Origin: Salpingoeca rosetta | Taxonomy: Eukaryota > Protista > Choanoflagellata | Length of the DNA stretch: 64,000 bases | Assembly (NCBI GenBank): GCA_033442325.1 | Contig: JAWQFM010000003.1 | Span: 1,561,063-1,625,062 of the forward strand | Direction: 5' to 3' | Shown here: in pieces, positions 62,766 to 64,000 of the stretch | Layout of the letters: each line of letters opens with the position of its first letter | Numbering within the stretch: the stretch's first letter is position 1 | The notes under the pieces: generated by a model | The model's database searches: none | The model's input: the letters and a program-made list of their open reading frames with translations, nothing else | Told to the model about the DNA's origin: nothing | Made by a program: the position numbers and the translations under genes

Positions 62766-64000
62766 GTTGTGCAGGCTGCCGCTTGTATTGTGTTTGTATG
62801 GTCTTCTGCCAGCTGCTATGTCCCATAAACACCACGTGCACACCAGTGTTGCTTAATGCCATGCTCTCTACCTCACCTACTCACTGGCCCTGTTGCATCC
62901 CTTCATCTCACGACAGGTCACGGTTGATGGCGAGAAAGGCGCTGCGCACTTTGACTTTGCCGGCACCGGGTGCCAGGTGTTTGGTAACCTGAACACGCCG
63001 CGCGCGGTTGTGTACTCGGGTATCATCTACTGCCTCCGCTGCATGGTTGGCCACGACATTCCACTCAACCAGGGCTGCCTCGCCCCAGTCACCGTCAACG
63101 TGAGTGCTCACAATGTCTGTGCCTGTTTGTTGTGTACATATATGCCTGTGGGTGTTTGTTTGTTTGTTTGTTTGTTTCAACTCTGCGCGTCACCTGCCAT
63201 CGATTCCTCTGTCCACTCACCACCACCACCACCACTGCGGCCGCCGCTGCTGTGGGTGGTCTAGATTCCGTTTGGGAGTGTGCTGTGGCCTGACGATGAG
63301 GCTGCGGTTGTGGGCGGGAACGTCCTCACTTCTCAGCGCATCTGTGACGTCGTCCTCAAGGCCTTCCGCGCTTGCGCCGACTCACAGGTGTGTTGCTGCT
63401 GTGCTGTTTGTTTGTTTGTTTGTTTGTTTGTTTGTTTGTTTGTTTGTTTGTTTGTTTGTTTGTTTGTTTGTTTGTTTGTGTTTGTTTGTGCGGTCTTGTG
63501 CTGTTTTGCTTGGTTGTTTGTTTGTTTGTTTGTTTGTTTGTTTGTTTGTTTGTTTGTTTGTTTGTTTGTTTGTTTGTGTTTGTTTGTGCGGTCTTGTGCT
63601 GTTTTGCTTGGTTGTGTGCTTGCCAAGCTGGTTGATGCCCGGTCTGGCACACCAAGCCCATCTTACCTTCCTTCTCTGCCCATTTTACCTTCCTTCTCTG
63701 GGTGGTGGTGGTGGTGGCAGGGCTGCATGAACAACCTGACGTTCGGCAACGACAAGCTCGGCTATTACGAGACAATTGGCGGCGGAAGCGGTGCCGGCAA
63801 GGACTGGGACGGCCGCAGCGGCGTGCACACGCACATGACCAACACGCGCATCACAGACCCGGAGGTGCTTGAGCGCCGCTACCCTGTTGTTGTGGAGCAG
63901 TTTCAGCTGCGCAAGGGGTCCGGCGGTGAAGGGAAACACCGCGGTGGTGACGGCCTTGTCCGCGAACTCAGGTTAGGGCCATGGTCAGCTAATAGGGTGC
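55021..64000 (+). CDS. OPLAH: 5-oxoprolinase (ATP-hydrolysing; fused hydantoinase A/B), multi-exon, 3'-partial
   Basis: [166 protein letters not shown]. Confidence 0.97.
62691..62765. repeat. (GAT)n microsatellite in an OPLAH intron
   Basis: About 25 units with one interruption. Confidence 0.92.
63406..63612. repeat. (TTTG)n tract, itself duplicated with a unique spacer, in an OPLAH intron
   Basis: Two TTTG arrays each followed by gtgcggtcttgtgctgttttgcttggttg. Confidence 0.88.

Overview
Eukaryotic, intron-rich genomic DNA with GC-rich codons and introns/UTRs packed with (GT)n/(CA)n microsatellites. Style and gene content suggest a unicellular holozoan, most likely the choanoflagellate Salpingoeca rosetta (inference, not verified). 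I reconstructed 15 protein-coding genes by hand-splicing GT..AG introns: a >2000-aa coiled-coil protein (5'-partial), CRIPT, alanine aminotransferase (with an apparent frameshift), a Niban/FAM129-like PH protein, a B3GALT6-like GT31, a CISD (CDGSH Fe-S) protein, a 2xSH3-2xPDZ scaffold with a long acidic APPPLP-repeat tail, PP1 inhibitor-2, a Cys/His plus polyQ orphan, a bacterial-type SAM methyltransferase, EDEM1-like GH47, a 68-aa micro-protein resembling the N-terminal module of fungal Chs5 (exomer), DIS3/RRP44, an Och1-like GT32 fused to two discoidin/CBM32-like domains, and 5-oxoprolinase (3'-partial). Twelve of the 15 genes sit in six tight head-to-head pairs. The most notable observations are the stand-alone Chs5-N-like micro-gene, a 55-bp near-perfect inverted repeat bracketing oxoprolinase exon 1, a palindromic (A)CTGAATTCA(G) motif in three bidirectional promoters, and the GT32-2xdiscoidin fusion. 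I recognised no tRNA, rRNA, CRISPR array or transposon. There is a 100-N assembly gap at 9845-9944. All family assignments rest on motif recognition from memory; no searches were run.
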